Source of the DNA: a virus | Taxonomy: Duplodnaviria > Caudoviricetes | Length of the DNA: 38,393 nt | IMG/VR virus record: IMGVR_UViG_3300026299_000092 | Location: 1-38,393 of that record | Strand: one strand, 5' to 3' | Part shown: piece by piece, positions 1-8,552 of the stretch | Numbering within the stretch: position 1 is the first letter of the stretch | How the letters are laid out: every line of letters begins with the position of its first letter | Program-made: the position numbers and the translations under genes | The notes under the pieces: model-generated | What the model was told of the DNA's origin: nothing | What the model saw: only the letters and a program-made list of their open reading frames with translations | Database searches by the model: none

Positions 1-519
1 TCATGCCCGATCTTCACCTCCACCCGTTGTGGCCAGTTTCACTGCGGTTCCGCTGGCGACCAGGAACAGCATCGACTTACCGCCGCCCGATATCTCGGAG
101 TAATCGAGGTCGACGGCCACCACGGCATCGGCGCCGAGGGCAAGGGCTTCGCGCCGCAACTCGTCGAGAGCGGTCTTTCTGGCGTCGCGCAGACCCTTCT
201 GCATTGTCGCGCTGCGCCCGCCAAAGGTGTCCCGAAACGCCGAGGCTATATCCCGGAACAGGTGCATCCCGATCACGACTTCGGCTGTGATGATGTCAAG
301 GCGACGTTCGATCCGCAGATCGAGGGAGGATTCGGTGGTCAGAATAATCCGCGAGGCGGCAGCTTGAAGCGCGCGCTCATCCTGGCTGGCGCGTTCTTCC
401 GAAGCAATGCCGCGCTGTTTTCTCTCTAATTCGATTTCTTGCTCACAACGCAGGCAGATGCCGTTTCTTCCCATCGAAATATTCAGGCGGTTATTATTAC
501 ATCGTTCGCAAACTGGCAT
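1..519 (-). CDS. YbjQ/UPF0145 family protein with N-terminal Cys-rich (CxxC...CxxC) extension
   Basis: C-terminal part matches YbjQ-type motifs ([37 protein letters not shown]). Starts 3 bp after the repressor stop. Confidence 0.85.
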   Translation of the reverse strand: MPVCERCNNNRLNISMGRNGICLRCEQEIELERKQRGIASEERASQDERALQAAASRIILTTESSLDLRIERRLDIITAEVVIGMHLFRDIASAFRDTFGGRSATMQKGLRDARKTALDELRREALALGADAVVAVDLDYSEISGGGKSMLFLVASGTAVKLATTGGGEDRA

Positions 520-522
520 TGA

Positions 523-1254
523 TCACTCCCTGTTCGTATGCCCCCACCAGACCACACGGCCGATAATCGTGACCGAGGAAACCGGGCGAAACTCTGGCGG
601 TGAGGCCGGATTGTCCGACAAGATGGCCAGCATCCCCGGTGCGGCCAGAGCAATGCGTTTGATGCGGGCGCCCCCATCGTCCATCAGGGCATAAATGCGC
701 GGTGGACGGGTATCGTTTTCGTCGCGCGGCTTCGACGGCGGCTCGGCCTTGGAACGGTCTATCAGCACCACGTCGCCATCATTCAAGGTCGGAGCCATGC
801 TGTCGCCGCGCGCGCGGGCGATGACCGCAGCCGAGGGCGACACGTCCATCTTGCGAAGCCAGTCTCGGCGAAACGCCATATGGTCGATCACTTCCTCGGT
901 GCCGTTTGCCGCACCAGCGCCTGCGGCAAGTTCGACTGCGTATAGGGGAATTGGGGCGAAATCTTCGGGACCGGCCAGCGAGTTCTGGATGGACCGGAGC
1001 ATCATCGGTGGGAGGCTTGCCGCGCCGCGTTCTCCTGTCAGAATGTAGATCACATCACATCCGACACGCGCGATCCCAGCCAGGTAGGTCGCATCGGGCG
1101 CTCGTTTTCCGCCTTCATAGTTATGCTGCGCGTTCTTTTGGACGCCACCGGCAGCACCGAGCTCGGTTTGGCTAAGGCCAATCCGCTCCCTTTCCGCGCG
1201 AATTCGTTGCCCAATGTCATCCAATCGGATGATCTCTGGGTTGACCTCACTCAT
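523..1254 (-). CDS. Prophage repressor (XRE HTH + S24 peptidase, CI-like)
   Basis: N-terminal HTH (RIRAERERIGLSQTELG...YEGGKRAPD), AG cleavage-like region (LAAGAG), S24 motifs GDSMAP and IKR. Divergent from ner. The true start could be the TTG at 1224. Confidence 0.93.
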   Translation of the reverse strand: MSEVNPEIIRLDDIGQRIRAERERIGLSQTELGAAGGVQKNAQHNYEGGKRAPDATYLAGIARVGCDVIYILTGERGAASLPPMMLRSIQNSLAGPEDFAPIPLYAVELAAGAGAANGTEEVIDHMAFRRDWLRKMDVSPSAAVIARARGDSMAPTLNDGDVVLIDRSKAEPPSKPRDENDTRPPRIYALMDDGGARIKRIALAAPGMLAILSDNPASPPEFRPVSSVTIIGRVVWWGHTNRE

Positions 1255-1293
1255 TTGGATAACTAATCTTGCGTTGTGACTTCACTTGAATAC
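1217..1293. promoter_or_regulatory. Immunity region with three candidate repressor operators
   Basis: Palindrome TCATCC-AATC-GGATGA (1217-1232) and related sites TCACTCATTTGGATAA (1247-1262) and GACTTCACTTGAATAC (1278-1293), spaced 30-31 bp apart. AT-rich, between divergent genes. Confidence 0.55.
1241..1269 (+). promoter_or_regulatory. Early promoter (Pe-like, sigma70)
   Basis: TTGACC-17 bp-TAATCT upstream of the ner-like gene, which has RBS GAGGA. Confidence 0.65.
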
Positions 1294-1307
1294 TTTGCGA
1301 GGAATCA

Positions 1308-1586
1308 ATGACGGCGCAAGCCCTTCCCTATCAGCCGGGGGCAATCCTCCACGATGCCGTGGTCGGCGCCTTCAAAGCGCGCGGGCTGAGCTTTGAAGCG
1401 TGGTGTGCCGAGAACGGTGTTGTTCCGTCTGCGGCGCGCAATGCGACCTTTGGCCAGTCCAAAGGGCCGAAGGGGAAGGCGCTGCTGGCGCGTATGATCA
1501 ATGCGGCTGGCCCGGAAGTGGTTCAGGCCGCCTATCTGGCCCGCCTCAAGTCCCATGTCAGCGATCTGAAAAGCGGGGCCGCGTGA
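1308..1586 (+). CDS. Ner-like DNA-binding protein
   Basis: First early gene, 92 aa, HTH-like (FKARGLSFEAWCAENGV), in the Mu ner position. Confidence 0.7.
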   Translation: MTAQALPYQPGAILHDAVVGAFKARGLSFEAWCAENGVVPSAARNATFGQSKGPKGKALLARMINAAGPEVVQAAYLARLKSHVSDLKSGAA

Positions 1587-2008
1587 TGGCCGCTCTTTTC
1601 CGCCTGCGCTGGCGCCTGGCGCATCTGATCTGCCCCGAGTTGGGTGTTGAGGCGCGGTTGAGCGCACTGCGCGGCAAAGAGGCCAAGGAAGAGTGGCCGG
1701 TCGAAGTTCAGGTCGAGCGCGACGGCCCGTGGCGGTCAGCACAGGTTACTGGCGGACAGCTTCACTGGGTTCCGGGGCCGATGGGAACAGAGGCGGCAGC
1801 GCGTTTGCAAGCAATACATGACGGACTCGATCCCGCCAATCATGAGGCGCGAGCCGCCATTGCCGCTGCTCTTGCTCAGTCAGTTCCTCAATCTCCTGCC
1901 GAAGGAATTCGGCCCGCATCCCAAGTGCGCCACGATTGCGGTCTGAATGGTGCCGCAACCACGCTGCGTTTCCGGTTTCCTCAATCGGCCCCGCAAGGAG
2001 CGTCATGA
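1586..2008 (+). CDS. Hypothetical early protein
   Basis: ATG overlaps the ner stop (TGATG) and its stop overlaps the next ATG. The 3' part overlaps an antisense ORF. Confidence 0.45.
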   Translation: MAALFRLRWRLAHLICPELGVEARLSALRGKEAKEEWPVEVQVERDGPWRSAQVTGGQLHWVPGPMGTEAAARLQAIHDGLDPANHEARAAIAAALAQSVPQSPAEGIRPASQVRHDCGLNGAATTLRFRFPQSAPQGAS

Positions 2009-2168
2009 TGAGCATCTTCCATTCTTCCGCCGTCGGCGCAGGAACTGGCCATGAGGTCGAACCGCAAACGGCAGAGATCAGGAACAATTCGGCTTTCAGG
2101 TCGGCCGTTCTGATGAGCCGCAAGGGTACTCCATCAAACAGCGGCGACACCTCGCATGGTGACTGCAT
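1746..2168 (-). CDS. Hypothetical antisense protein (140 aa)
   Basis: ATG at 2168 with GGAGG 6 nt upstream. Protein-like helical composition (EEWKMLIMTLL, EFLRQEIEELTEQEQRQW). Confidence 0.55.
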   Translation of the reverse strand: MQSPCEVSPLFDGVPLRLIRTADLKAELFLISAVCGSTSWPVPAPTAEEWKMLIMTLLAGPIEETGNAAWLRHHSDRNRGALGMRAEFLRQEIEELTEQEQRQWRLAPHDWRDRVRHVLLANALPPLFPSAPEPSEAVRQ

Positions 2169-2382
2169 CCCATCCCTCCATCCGGTTGTTTGCACGTCCG
2201 ATGGTAGGGGCCACCCCGCCCAGGCCAAAGGGGAATCCGCCGGGCGGGGTGGCAAATTTGCACAGGCGGTTCTTCGCGCCGCCCGCGCGCTTGATGACCA
2301 TTGGATCGGCGACCTGATCGGCGCCGTCTGCCTGTTCGCGCTCGGCTGGATGGGATTTGCCATCGGGTGGGTGCTGCAATGA
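2005..2382 (+). CDS. Hypothetical protein with C-terminal transmembrane segment
   Basis: AAGGAG RBS and ATGA overlaps at both ends. C-terminus DDHWIGDLIGAVCLFALGWMGFAIGW is hydrophobic. Start uncertain. Confidence 0.55.
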   Translation: MMSIFHSSAVGAGTGHEVEPQTAEIRNNSAFRSAVLMSRKGTPSNSGDTSHGDCIPSLHPVVCTSDGRGHPAQAKGESAGRGGKFAQAVLRAARALDDHWIGDLIGAVCLFALGWMGFAIGWVLQ

Positions 2383-2684
2383 CAGCCCCTGCCGCGATCC
2401 GCCCGAAATTCACGGTCCGCTATCAGGCGATGACCAAGTGCTATGTCGTGATCAGTCCCGCAGGGGCGATCTGCTCGGCGCCAACGTCGAAGGACGGGGC
2501 TGAGCGGTTGCGCGATGCCCGCCAGGCCGAGGCCGACAGCAAAGCCAAGCGCGGGCCGCGGGCCTGCATGTGCTGCGGCGCGACCTTTGCCAGCGACGGT
2601 TTCCACAACCGCATGTGCCAGCCCTGCCGCACCCGCGCCCGGGACTTTCACGGTGACCCCCATACCATTGGCCGGAAGACATGA
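2379..2684 (+). CDS. Zinc-finger protein
   Basis: RACMCCG...FxSxGxHNRMCxxC motif and ATGA coupling on both sides. Confidence 0.75.
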   Translation: MTAPAAIRPKFTVRYQAMTKCYVVISPAGAICSAPTSKDGAERLRDARQAEADSKAKRGPRACMCCGATFASDGFHNRMCQPCRTRARDFHGDPHTIGRKT

Positions 2685-3574
2685 CCCCCACCCTGATGCA
2701 GATCGACAAGGTTCCGGTGGCAGAGGTGATCGTGCGCGATCGTCTGCGCCCGGTCAGCGAAGCGGGCGTGGAAAGCCTGATCGCCTCGATCACCGAGATC
2801 GGGGTGATGAAGGACGCGATCCATGTCCGCAAGAAGAAGGACGGCCAGCTTTACCTGATGGCCGGTGGCCATAGGCTTGAGGCCGCCCGCCGCCTGAACT
2901 GGGTGCATGTTCCGGCCAAGGTCTGGACCGATGTCACCGACGACTGGGCGCGGATGGTCGAGATCGACGACAATCTGGCCGGCGCCGAGATGAATGCGCT
3001 GGACAGCGCGGTGTTTCTGGCCACGCGGAAGGCGGTTTACGAGCGGCTGCACCCGGAGACGAAACGGGGAGTGGCGGGCGCGGTCGCACGTTGGGATGCA
3101 ACTGAACCGAGTGCAGTTGCATTCGTGAAAGCCACTGCCGAAAAGTTCGGACTGAAGGAGCGGCAGGTTTACAAGATCGTCGCTGCTGGCACGGCTCTAT
3201 CGCCCCGTGATGTCGCGCATCTTCGGCAGGCGCCGCGCCCGGTCAGCCTGAAAGACCTGACCGAGATCGCCAAGATCGGCGACCCGGTCGAGCGCGGTGA
3301 TGTTGTCCTGCGGCTGTCGGTCGGCAATGCCAAATCCGCCGCCGATGCCCGCCGTTCGCTGCGCGTTGAAGGGGGCCTTCAAACGCCCGTCAAATCGCCC
3401 GAGGATCAGGCGCTGCTGGCGCTCATATCGGCCTGGGCGCGGGCAGGAAAAGCCGTGCGGCGCCGCTTCATCGATCAGGAATTCGGCGAAGTCGCGCCGC
3501 TTGTGGCGGATGAGGCCGATGCCCGCGATCCCGCACTCGCCACCGCGATCCGCAGGGGGATGGCCGCCAAATGA
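2681..3574 (+). CDS. ParB-like N-terminal domain protein
   Basis: RLRP...LIASI...AGGHRLEA...EIDDNL ParB/Srx motifs and a later HTH (TAEKFGLKERQV). Directly upstream of the transposase. Confidence 0.9.
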   Translation: MTPTLMQIDKVPVAEVIVRDRLRPVSEAGVESLIASITEIGVMKDAIHVRKKKDGQLYLMAGGHRLEAARRLNWVHVPAKVWTDVTDDWARMVEIDDNLAGAEMNALDSAVFLATRKAVYERLHPETKRGVAGAVARWDATEPSAVAFVKATAEKFGLKERQVYKIVAAGTALSPRDVAHLRQAPRPVSLKDLTEIAKIGDPVERGDVVLRLSVGNAKSAADARRSLRVEGGLQTPVKSPEDQALLALISAWARAGKAVRRRFIDQEFGEVAPLVADEADARDPALATAIRRGMAAK

Positions 3575-5700
3575 TCCGCACCGCGCCCGATCAGGAATGG
3601 TGGACAGCCGAGGCGCTGGCCTCCAGTGGCTTGCCGGACGTGCCCGGCACCCGGCAGGGCGTGGATGCGCTGGCCGCTCGCGAGGGCTGGCGGTCACGGC
3701 CGCATCTTGCGCGCCGTCGCGCCGGCCGCGGCGGGGGCTGGGAATACAGCTGGCAACTGCTGCCCGCCCGGGCGCAGGGTGCCCTCCTGAAAGCGGCGGC
3801 CCCGGCCGAGGAACCCCCGGCCCGCATGGATCGCGGCACAGCCTGGGCGTGGTATGACGGCCTGCCGGAGACGGTGAAGGCCGAGGCCCGCGCCCGCCTG
3901 AAGGTAATCCAGCGCGTCGAAGCCTTTGCCGCCGCCATCGGCCGCAATCTCGCGGTGCGGCAGGTCTCCCAGCTGGAAAAAGCCGAAGGGCGCAAGGCCA
4001 GCGAGCGCACCATCTGGGGCTGGATGGGCATGCTGGATGGCGTGGATGTGTCCGACCGGCTGCCCTATCTGGCGCCGCGACACCGCGCTGCCGCCCCGCA
4101 GCGCAAACGCGCCGAATGCAGCCCCGAATTCCTGATCCGATTGAAGGCGGCGTTCCTGCGCCCCGCCGTGAGCTTTCGGGCCAGCTATGACGTGGTGAAA
4201 GACGTGTGCATCGCGCGGGGCTGGCAATATCTGACCCTGAAAACCGCCGAGCGCTGGTTCGAAGCGAATGTGCCGCGCGTAACAGTGGTCTATGCCAAGG
4301 AGGGCGAGGCCGGGCTTGCCAAATGCTTCCCGCCGCAGATCCGCGACCGATCGACCTTGACGGCGCTGGAAGGCGTCAATGCCGATTGCCACAAGATCGA
4401 TGTCTTCGTGGCCTGGCCGGGCATCAAGGAGCCGGTGCGACCGCAGATCGTCGCGTTTCAGGATCTCTATTCGGGGAAAATTCTGTCGTGGCGCGTCGAT
4501 CTCGCTCCCAACAAGGTCGCCGTCATGAGCGCCTTCGGTGAGTTGATCGAGACCTGGGGCATCCCGCGTCATTGCCTGTTCGACAATGGCCGCGAGTTTG
4601 CGAACAAATGGCTGACCGGAGGCGTAAAAACCCGGTTTCGGTTCAAGATCAGGCCGGATGATCCGCTGGGCGTCCTGCCGCAGATGGGTATCCAGATCCA
4701 TTGGGCCAAACCGGGGCATGGTCAGGCCAAGCCGATCGAGCGCGGTTTCCGCGACGTGGCCAGCCGGATCGCGCTCGATCCGCGGTTTGCCGGCGCCTAT
4801 GTGGGCCCAAATCCTTTGGCCAAACCCGAAGATTATGGCTCGCGCGCGATCCCGCTGAAAGATTTCCTTGATGTGTTGGATGAGGGCATCCGTGCGCACA
4901 ATGCCCGGCCGGGCCGCCTGTCCGACACCGCCCGCGGCCGCAGCTTCGACGAAACCTTCGCCGAAAGTTATGCCACAGCCCCGATCCGCAAGGCGACCGA
5001 GGAGCAGCACCGACTTTGGCTGATGGGTCAGGAGGTGCGCAAGTTGCACCAGAACCACGGCGGCCTTGAGCTTTACGACAACAAATATTGGGCGCCCTGG
5101 ATGAACGAGTTCGCCGGTAAGCGGGTGATCGCCCGGTTCGACCCGGAAAACCTCCATGCCGGAGCTTATGTCTATTCCCTGCGCGGGGAATTTCTGGGGC
5201 CTGTCGAGTGCCGTGAGAAGGTCGGCTTCTTCGACCTTGTCGGGGCGCAGTTGCATGCCCGCACGCAGCGTCAGCGCCGAGCGGCCGAGAAAAAGCTGCT
5301 GCAGACCCTCCGGCCCATGTCGGTCGGGGAATTCGCCGCCGAACTGGCGGATTTGCCCCAGCCGGAAACGCCGCTGGTTGAAGCGAAGGTCGTCGAGTTG
5401 GCCCCGGCGCGCATCCGCAAGCCTGTGATCGACCGCCCGGTGCCTGCGCCGGATGCCAGCACCGAGGCCGATTTCCAGCTGTTCGCGGCGGATTTCAGCA
5501 GACCGAAGTTGGAGCCGGTCATCGCCGTCGACAGCGCCGCAGACCGTTTCTGGCGGGCGCTGGAGATCGAGCGCCGCTCGGAAGCGGGCGAGGCGATCTC
5601 GCAGGAGGATGCCGCGTTCTACGCCCGGATCGTGCGCCTTCCCGAATACCAGGCACAGCGCACGATGTTCGACCGGTTCGGCGAACAGGGCGTGGGTTGA
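3571..5700 (+). CDS. Mu-type DDE transposase (MuA)
   Basis: N-terminal Mu DNA-binding domain (WWTAEALA...LP...GGGWEY), DDE core (ADCHKID, FDNGREF, AKPIER) and Mu transposase C-terminal region (RFDPENL). Confidence 0.96.
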   Translation: MIRTAPDQEWWTAEALASSGLPDVPGTRQGVDALAAREGWRSRPHLARRRAGRGGGWEYSWQLLPARAQGALLKAAAPAEEPPARMDRGTAWAWYDGLPETVKAEARARLKVIQRVEAFAAAIGRNLAVRQVSQLEKAEGRKASERTIWGWMGMLDGVDVSDRLPYLAPRHRAAAPQRKRAECSPEFLIRLKAAFLRPAVSFRASYDVVKDVCIARGWQYLTLKTAERWFEANVPRVTVVYAKEGEAGLAKCFPPQIRDRSTLTALEGVNADCHKIDVFVAWPGIKEPVRPQIVAFQDLYSGKILSWRVDLAPNKVAVMSAFGELIETWGIPRHCLFDNGREFANKWLTGGVKTRFRFKIRPDDPLGVLPQMGIQIHWAKPGHGQAKPIERGFRDVASRIALDPRFAGAYVGPNPLAKPEDYGSRAIPLKDFLDVLDEGIRAHNARPGRLSDTARGRSFDETFAESYATAPIRKATEEQHRLWLMGQEVRKLHQNHGGLELYDNKYWAPWMNEFAGKRVIARFDPENLHAGAYVYSLRGEFLGPVECREKVGFFDLVGAQLHARTQRQRRAAEKKLLQTLRPMSVGEFAAELADLPQPETPLVEAKVVELAPARIRKPVIDRPVPAPDASTEADFQLFAADFSRPKLEPVIAVDSAADRFWRALEIERRSEAGEAISQEDAAFYARIVRLPEYQAQRTMFDRFGEQGVG

Positions 5701-5708
5701 AACGAGAT

Positions 5709-5739
5709 GCCGCCGGGGGCGGACAGACCCCACGGCGGC
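5709..5739 (+). other. GC-rich intergenic hairpin between MuA and MuB
   Basis: GCCGCCG-GGGG...CCCC-A-CGGCGGC stem just upstream of the MuB RBS. No U-tract. Confidence 0.5.
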
Positions 5740-5758
5740 TGGACGAAGTGAGGAGAGA

Positions 5759-6508
5759 ATGATGGACGGAGCAGTGAATATCAACACCAGCGGCAGCGTT
5801 GCGCCCTTGCGCAATGTCATGCTGTTGAACGCCCTGATCAACAGGGTGCAAAACCGCGACTTCGATCTGCCGGGGCTGGCCTGTTTCTTCGGGCCGAGTG
5901 GCTACGGCAAGACCAAGGCTGCGACCTGGAATGCACAGGAGACCCGGGCCTATTGGGTGGAGGTCAAATCCACCTGGAGCCGCAAGAAGTTCGCCGAGAT
6001 GATCCTGCGGTCCATGGGCATCACGCCGGGCCGCACCATCGGCGACATGGTCGAACAGATCGGTGATCAACTGAGCAAGTCGGGGCGCCCGCTCCTGATC
6101 GACGAGGCCGACCTGGTCGCCAAGGATGGCATGATCGGCATCATCCGCGACATCTACGAAAGCTCGCAGGGCACGGTCATCCTGATCGGGGAAGAAAACC
6201 TGCCGCAGACGCTGCGCCGCTGGGAACGGGTTCACAACCGCATGCTGGATTGGGTTGCCGCGCAGCCTGCAGATCTGCGCGAGGTTGGCCTGCTTGCTGA
6301 CCGGAAATGCCCCGGTATCGCGCTGGATCCCGAGGTCAAGCAACTGGTGCTGGAGCAATCGCAGGCGCGCGCGCGCCGCATTGTCGTGAACCTGCGCCAG
6401 ATTGCGGAATATGCCCTCACGACCGGCAAGACCGCCATCACGATGGCCGATGCAAGGGATATCGCCTTCTTCAGCGGAGAGGCCCCGGCTCCGCGGAGGG
6501 GCGTGTGA
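5759..6508 (+). CDS. MuB-like AAA ATPase (transposition protein)
   Basis: Walker A GPSGYGKT, Walker B LLIDEAD, RBS GAGGAG. Follows MuA. Confidence 0.94.
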   Translation: MMDGAVNINTSGSVAPLRNVMLLNALINRVQNRDFDLPGLACFFGPSGYGKTKAATWNAQETRAYWVEVKSTWSRKKFAEMILRSMGITPGRTIGDMVEQIGDQLSKSGRPLLIDEADLVAKDGMIGIIRDIYESSQGTVILIGEENLPQTLRRWERVHNRMLDWVAAQPADLREVGLLADRKCPGIALDPEVKQLVLEQSQARARRIVVNLRQIAEYALTTGKTAITMADARDIAFFSGEAPAPRRGV

Positions 6509-7080
6509 TGGCCCGCCCCCCTGTCGATGAGTCGAATCCTGGCCGTGAGGCAATCTGGGCGGCTGTGCGTGGCCGGAATGGCAACGCCTTCTGTGTTTCC
6601 GAAATCACCGGCCTGACCGGCGCCAACGACAAGACCGCCCGCGATTATTTCAAGGGCCTGACCGCCGCCGGATATCTCCAGCAGCAACCCATACAGCCAG
6701 GCGCAGTCGCGCGGTGGCTTCTGGTCCGCGACATCGGTGTCGAGGCGCCGCGTGTACGCTCGGATGGAACCGCTGTGGAACAGGGCAGCATCACGGAACG
6801 GCTGTGGCGCGGCATGTATATGCAGAAGGAATTCACCTATCTGGATCTGCTTGACACCACCTCGACCAGTATCTCGGTCGAGACTGCCAAATCGTATTGC
6901 CAGATGCTTCTGGCCACCGGCTATCTGAGGGTGCTGGAAAAAGCAGACCCGGTCCGTGGACGGATCGCGCGGTATCGCCTTATCCGCAACAACGGCCCCA
7001 AACCGCCGCAAATCCAGCGCGTGAAGCGGGTTTACGACCCGAATACGCGTGAGGTGTTCATGCCGGAGGCGCGGCTTTGA
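6508..7080 (+). CDS. Tandem winged-helix protein of Mu-like phages
   Basis: Two repeats of TARDYFKGLTAAGYL / TAKSYCQMLLATGYL, plus GPKPPQIQR and VYDPNT. Typical gene after MuB. Confidence 0.8.
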   Translation: MARPPVDESNPGREAIWAAVRGRNGNAFCVSEITGLTGANDKTARDYFKGLTAAGYLQQQPIQPGAVARWLLVRDIGVEAPRVRSDGTAVEQGSITERLWRGMYMQKEFTYLDLLDTTSTSISVETAKSYCQMLLATGYLRVLEKADPVRGRIARYRLIRNNGPKPPQIQRVKRVYDPNTREVFMPEARL

Positions 7081-7454
7081 GCGATCCTCTCACCATCGCG
7101 CGCGCTGCCTGGGGTGATGCCCTTCCAGACTGGGTCAAATTGCTGGCCGAGGAATGCGCCCGCACCAGCCAGAACAAGGTTGCTGTGCGCCTCGGTCGTT
7201 CGGCCGCGCTCGTCTCGGCCGTGCTGCGCCACAAGTACAAGGGCGACATGGGCGCGGTCGAGGATGTGGTGCGCGGCCGTTTCATGGACGCCACAGTCCT
7301 TTGCCCCGCCACCGGGGTCATTTCCACGGCGGCCTGCCGGGACTGGATGGCCAAGGCCAAGACCTATTCGAACGAAACCAGCGAGCGGGTTCGCATGCAT
7401 CGCGCCTGCCGGGCCTGCCCTCGCTATCGCAAGGAGGCCACCGATGCCGCTTGA
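7077..7454 (+). CDS. HTH transcriptional regulator with C-terminal Cys cluster
   Basis: SQNKVAVRLGRSAALVSAVL HTH and CP...C...CRAC. Confidence 0.8.
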   Translation: MSDPLTIARAAWGDALPDWVKLLAEECARTSQNKVAVRLGRSAALVSAVLRHKYKGDMGAVEDVVRGRFMDATVLCPATGVISTAACRDWMAKAKTYSNETSERVRMHRACRACPRYRKEATDAA

Positions 7455-7677
7455 CCTTGATCGCTCCGGCGTCCGCGCCCGCATCCAGCATCTGGCGTTT
7501 CTGCAAGGTGGCACCAAGCCCTGTGCTGAGAAGTGCGCGGTGCCGGTCCCGTCGCTGGAAACCTGGCTGGCTGGCCGCGCGCTTCCCGGTTCCGTCGCCC
7601 TGGCGAAGCTTGCGCGCGGCTGTGATGTCAGCGCGCATTGGATCCTTTTCGGCCAGGAGGCAACCCGCCATGGCTGA
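7444..7677 (+). CDS. Small XRE-family HTH protein
   Basis: AEKCAVPVPSLETWLAGRALP...LARGCDVSAHWILFG; AAGGAGG RBS. Confidence 0.8.
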   Translation: MPLDLDRSGVRARIQHLAFLQGGTKPCAEKCAVPVPSLETWLAGRALPGSVALAKLARGCDVSAHWILFGQEATRHG

Positions 7678-7888
7678 TCATACCCGCAGCGACCGCGACA
7701 TCCTCATCTCTGCCGCCCGCGCCCTTGGCCGTATCGACCTCCACGGCCACCGTGCCCTGACGGGCCTCAGCACGCACCAGATCGAGGACATGGCGTTGGC
7801 GCTTGTGATCCTCGGCCTCGCCCCGATCCCGCCCCTGCAATTGCAGGCGCCGGATCAGATCGTTTTCCCCCGTCTCAAGGAGTTCTGA
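7670..7888 (+). CDS. Hypothetical protein
   Basis: AGGAGG RBS; overlaps the upstream gene and fills the operon. Confidence 0.7.
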   Translation: MADHTRSDRDILISAARALGRIDLHGHRALTGLSTHQIEDMALALVILGLAPIPPLQLQAPDQIVFPRLKEF

Positions 7889-7889
7889 A

Positions 7890-8552
7890 ATGACCGTTCA
7901 ACAGACCAGATTCGAGCCGCACCCGGTGCCGGACGGCATCGTGGAAGCGAATGGCAATCGCTACATGGCCGACGGCAAAGGCGGCTTGCGTGCAGTCGAG
8001 AATGTCCCGGCCATGAAGAAGCTGCAGGACGAAATGGTCCGTAAAGTCTTCGGCTTTGCATATGCACTTGCGGCGCAGATTGCCCGGTTCAAGGGGCATG
8101 TCTACGAAGACCTCGGCTCGTTCGACGCGCTCATGGCGCAGGAATATGGGCTGAAGATCGGCGGCCCGAAGGGGAACCGCACCTATTCCACCTTCGACGG
8201 CCTGATGAAGATCGAAGTCCGCATCGCGGATCGCATCGCCTATGGCCCTGAAATGCAGATCGCCAAAGCGCTGTTCGATGAATGTCTCAACGAGCGCGCC
8301 GCCGGGGCCGACCCGCTGATCCGCTCCATCGTCACCAACGCCTTCGATACCGACCGTGAAGGCCAGATCAACCGGACCAATGTCTTTGTCCTGCTGAACA
8401 CCAATGACGACGATGCGCGCTGGGTCCGGGGTCAGGAAGCGATCCGCGACGCGATGCATGTGATCGGGTCCAAGAGCTATCTGCGCTTTCAGTTCCGCGA
8501 CGCCTTCGATGCCCCCTGGCAATCGCTGACCATCGATCTGGCGAGTGCGTGA
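7890..8552 (+). CDS. DUF3164 family protein
   Basis: GGPKGNRTYSTFDG, QIAKALFDECL, SKSYLRF, IDLA motifs typical of the Mu-like DUF3164. Confidence 0.9.
   Translation: MTVQQTRFEPHPVPDGIVEANGNRYMADGKGGLRAVENVPAMKKLQDEMVRKVFGFAYALAAQIARFKGHVYEDLGSFDALMAQEYGLKIGGPKGNRTYSTFDGLMKIEVRIADRIAYGPEMQIAKALFDECLNERAAGADPLIRSIVTNAFDTDREGQINRTNVFVLLNTNDDDARWVRGQEAIRDAMHVIGSKSYLRFQFRDAFDAPWQSLTIDLASA

Noticed and set aside
3694..5841. 715-aa minus-strand ORF, and similar long antisense ORFs (19782-21425, 21220-22800, 27230-29206, 17713-19071)
   Set aside because: Shadow frames of well-recognised + strand genes in high-GC DNA, with no motifs or RBS.
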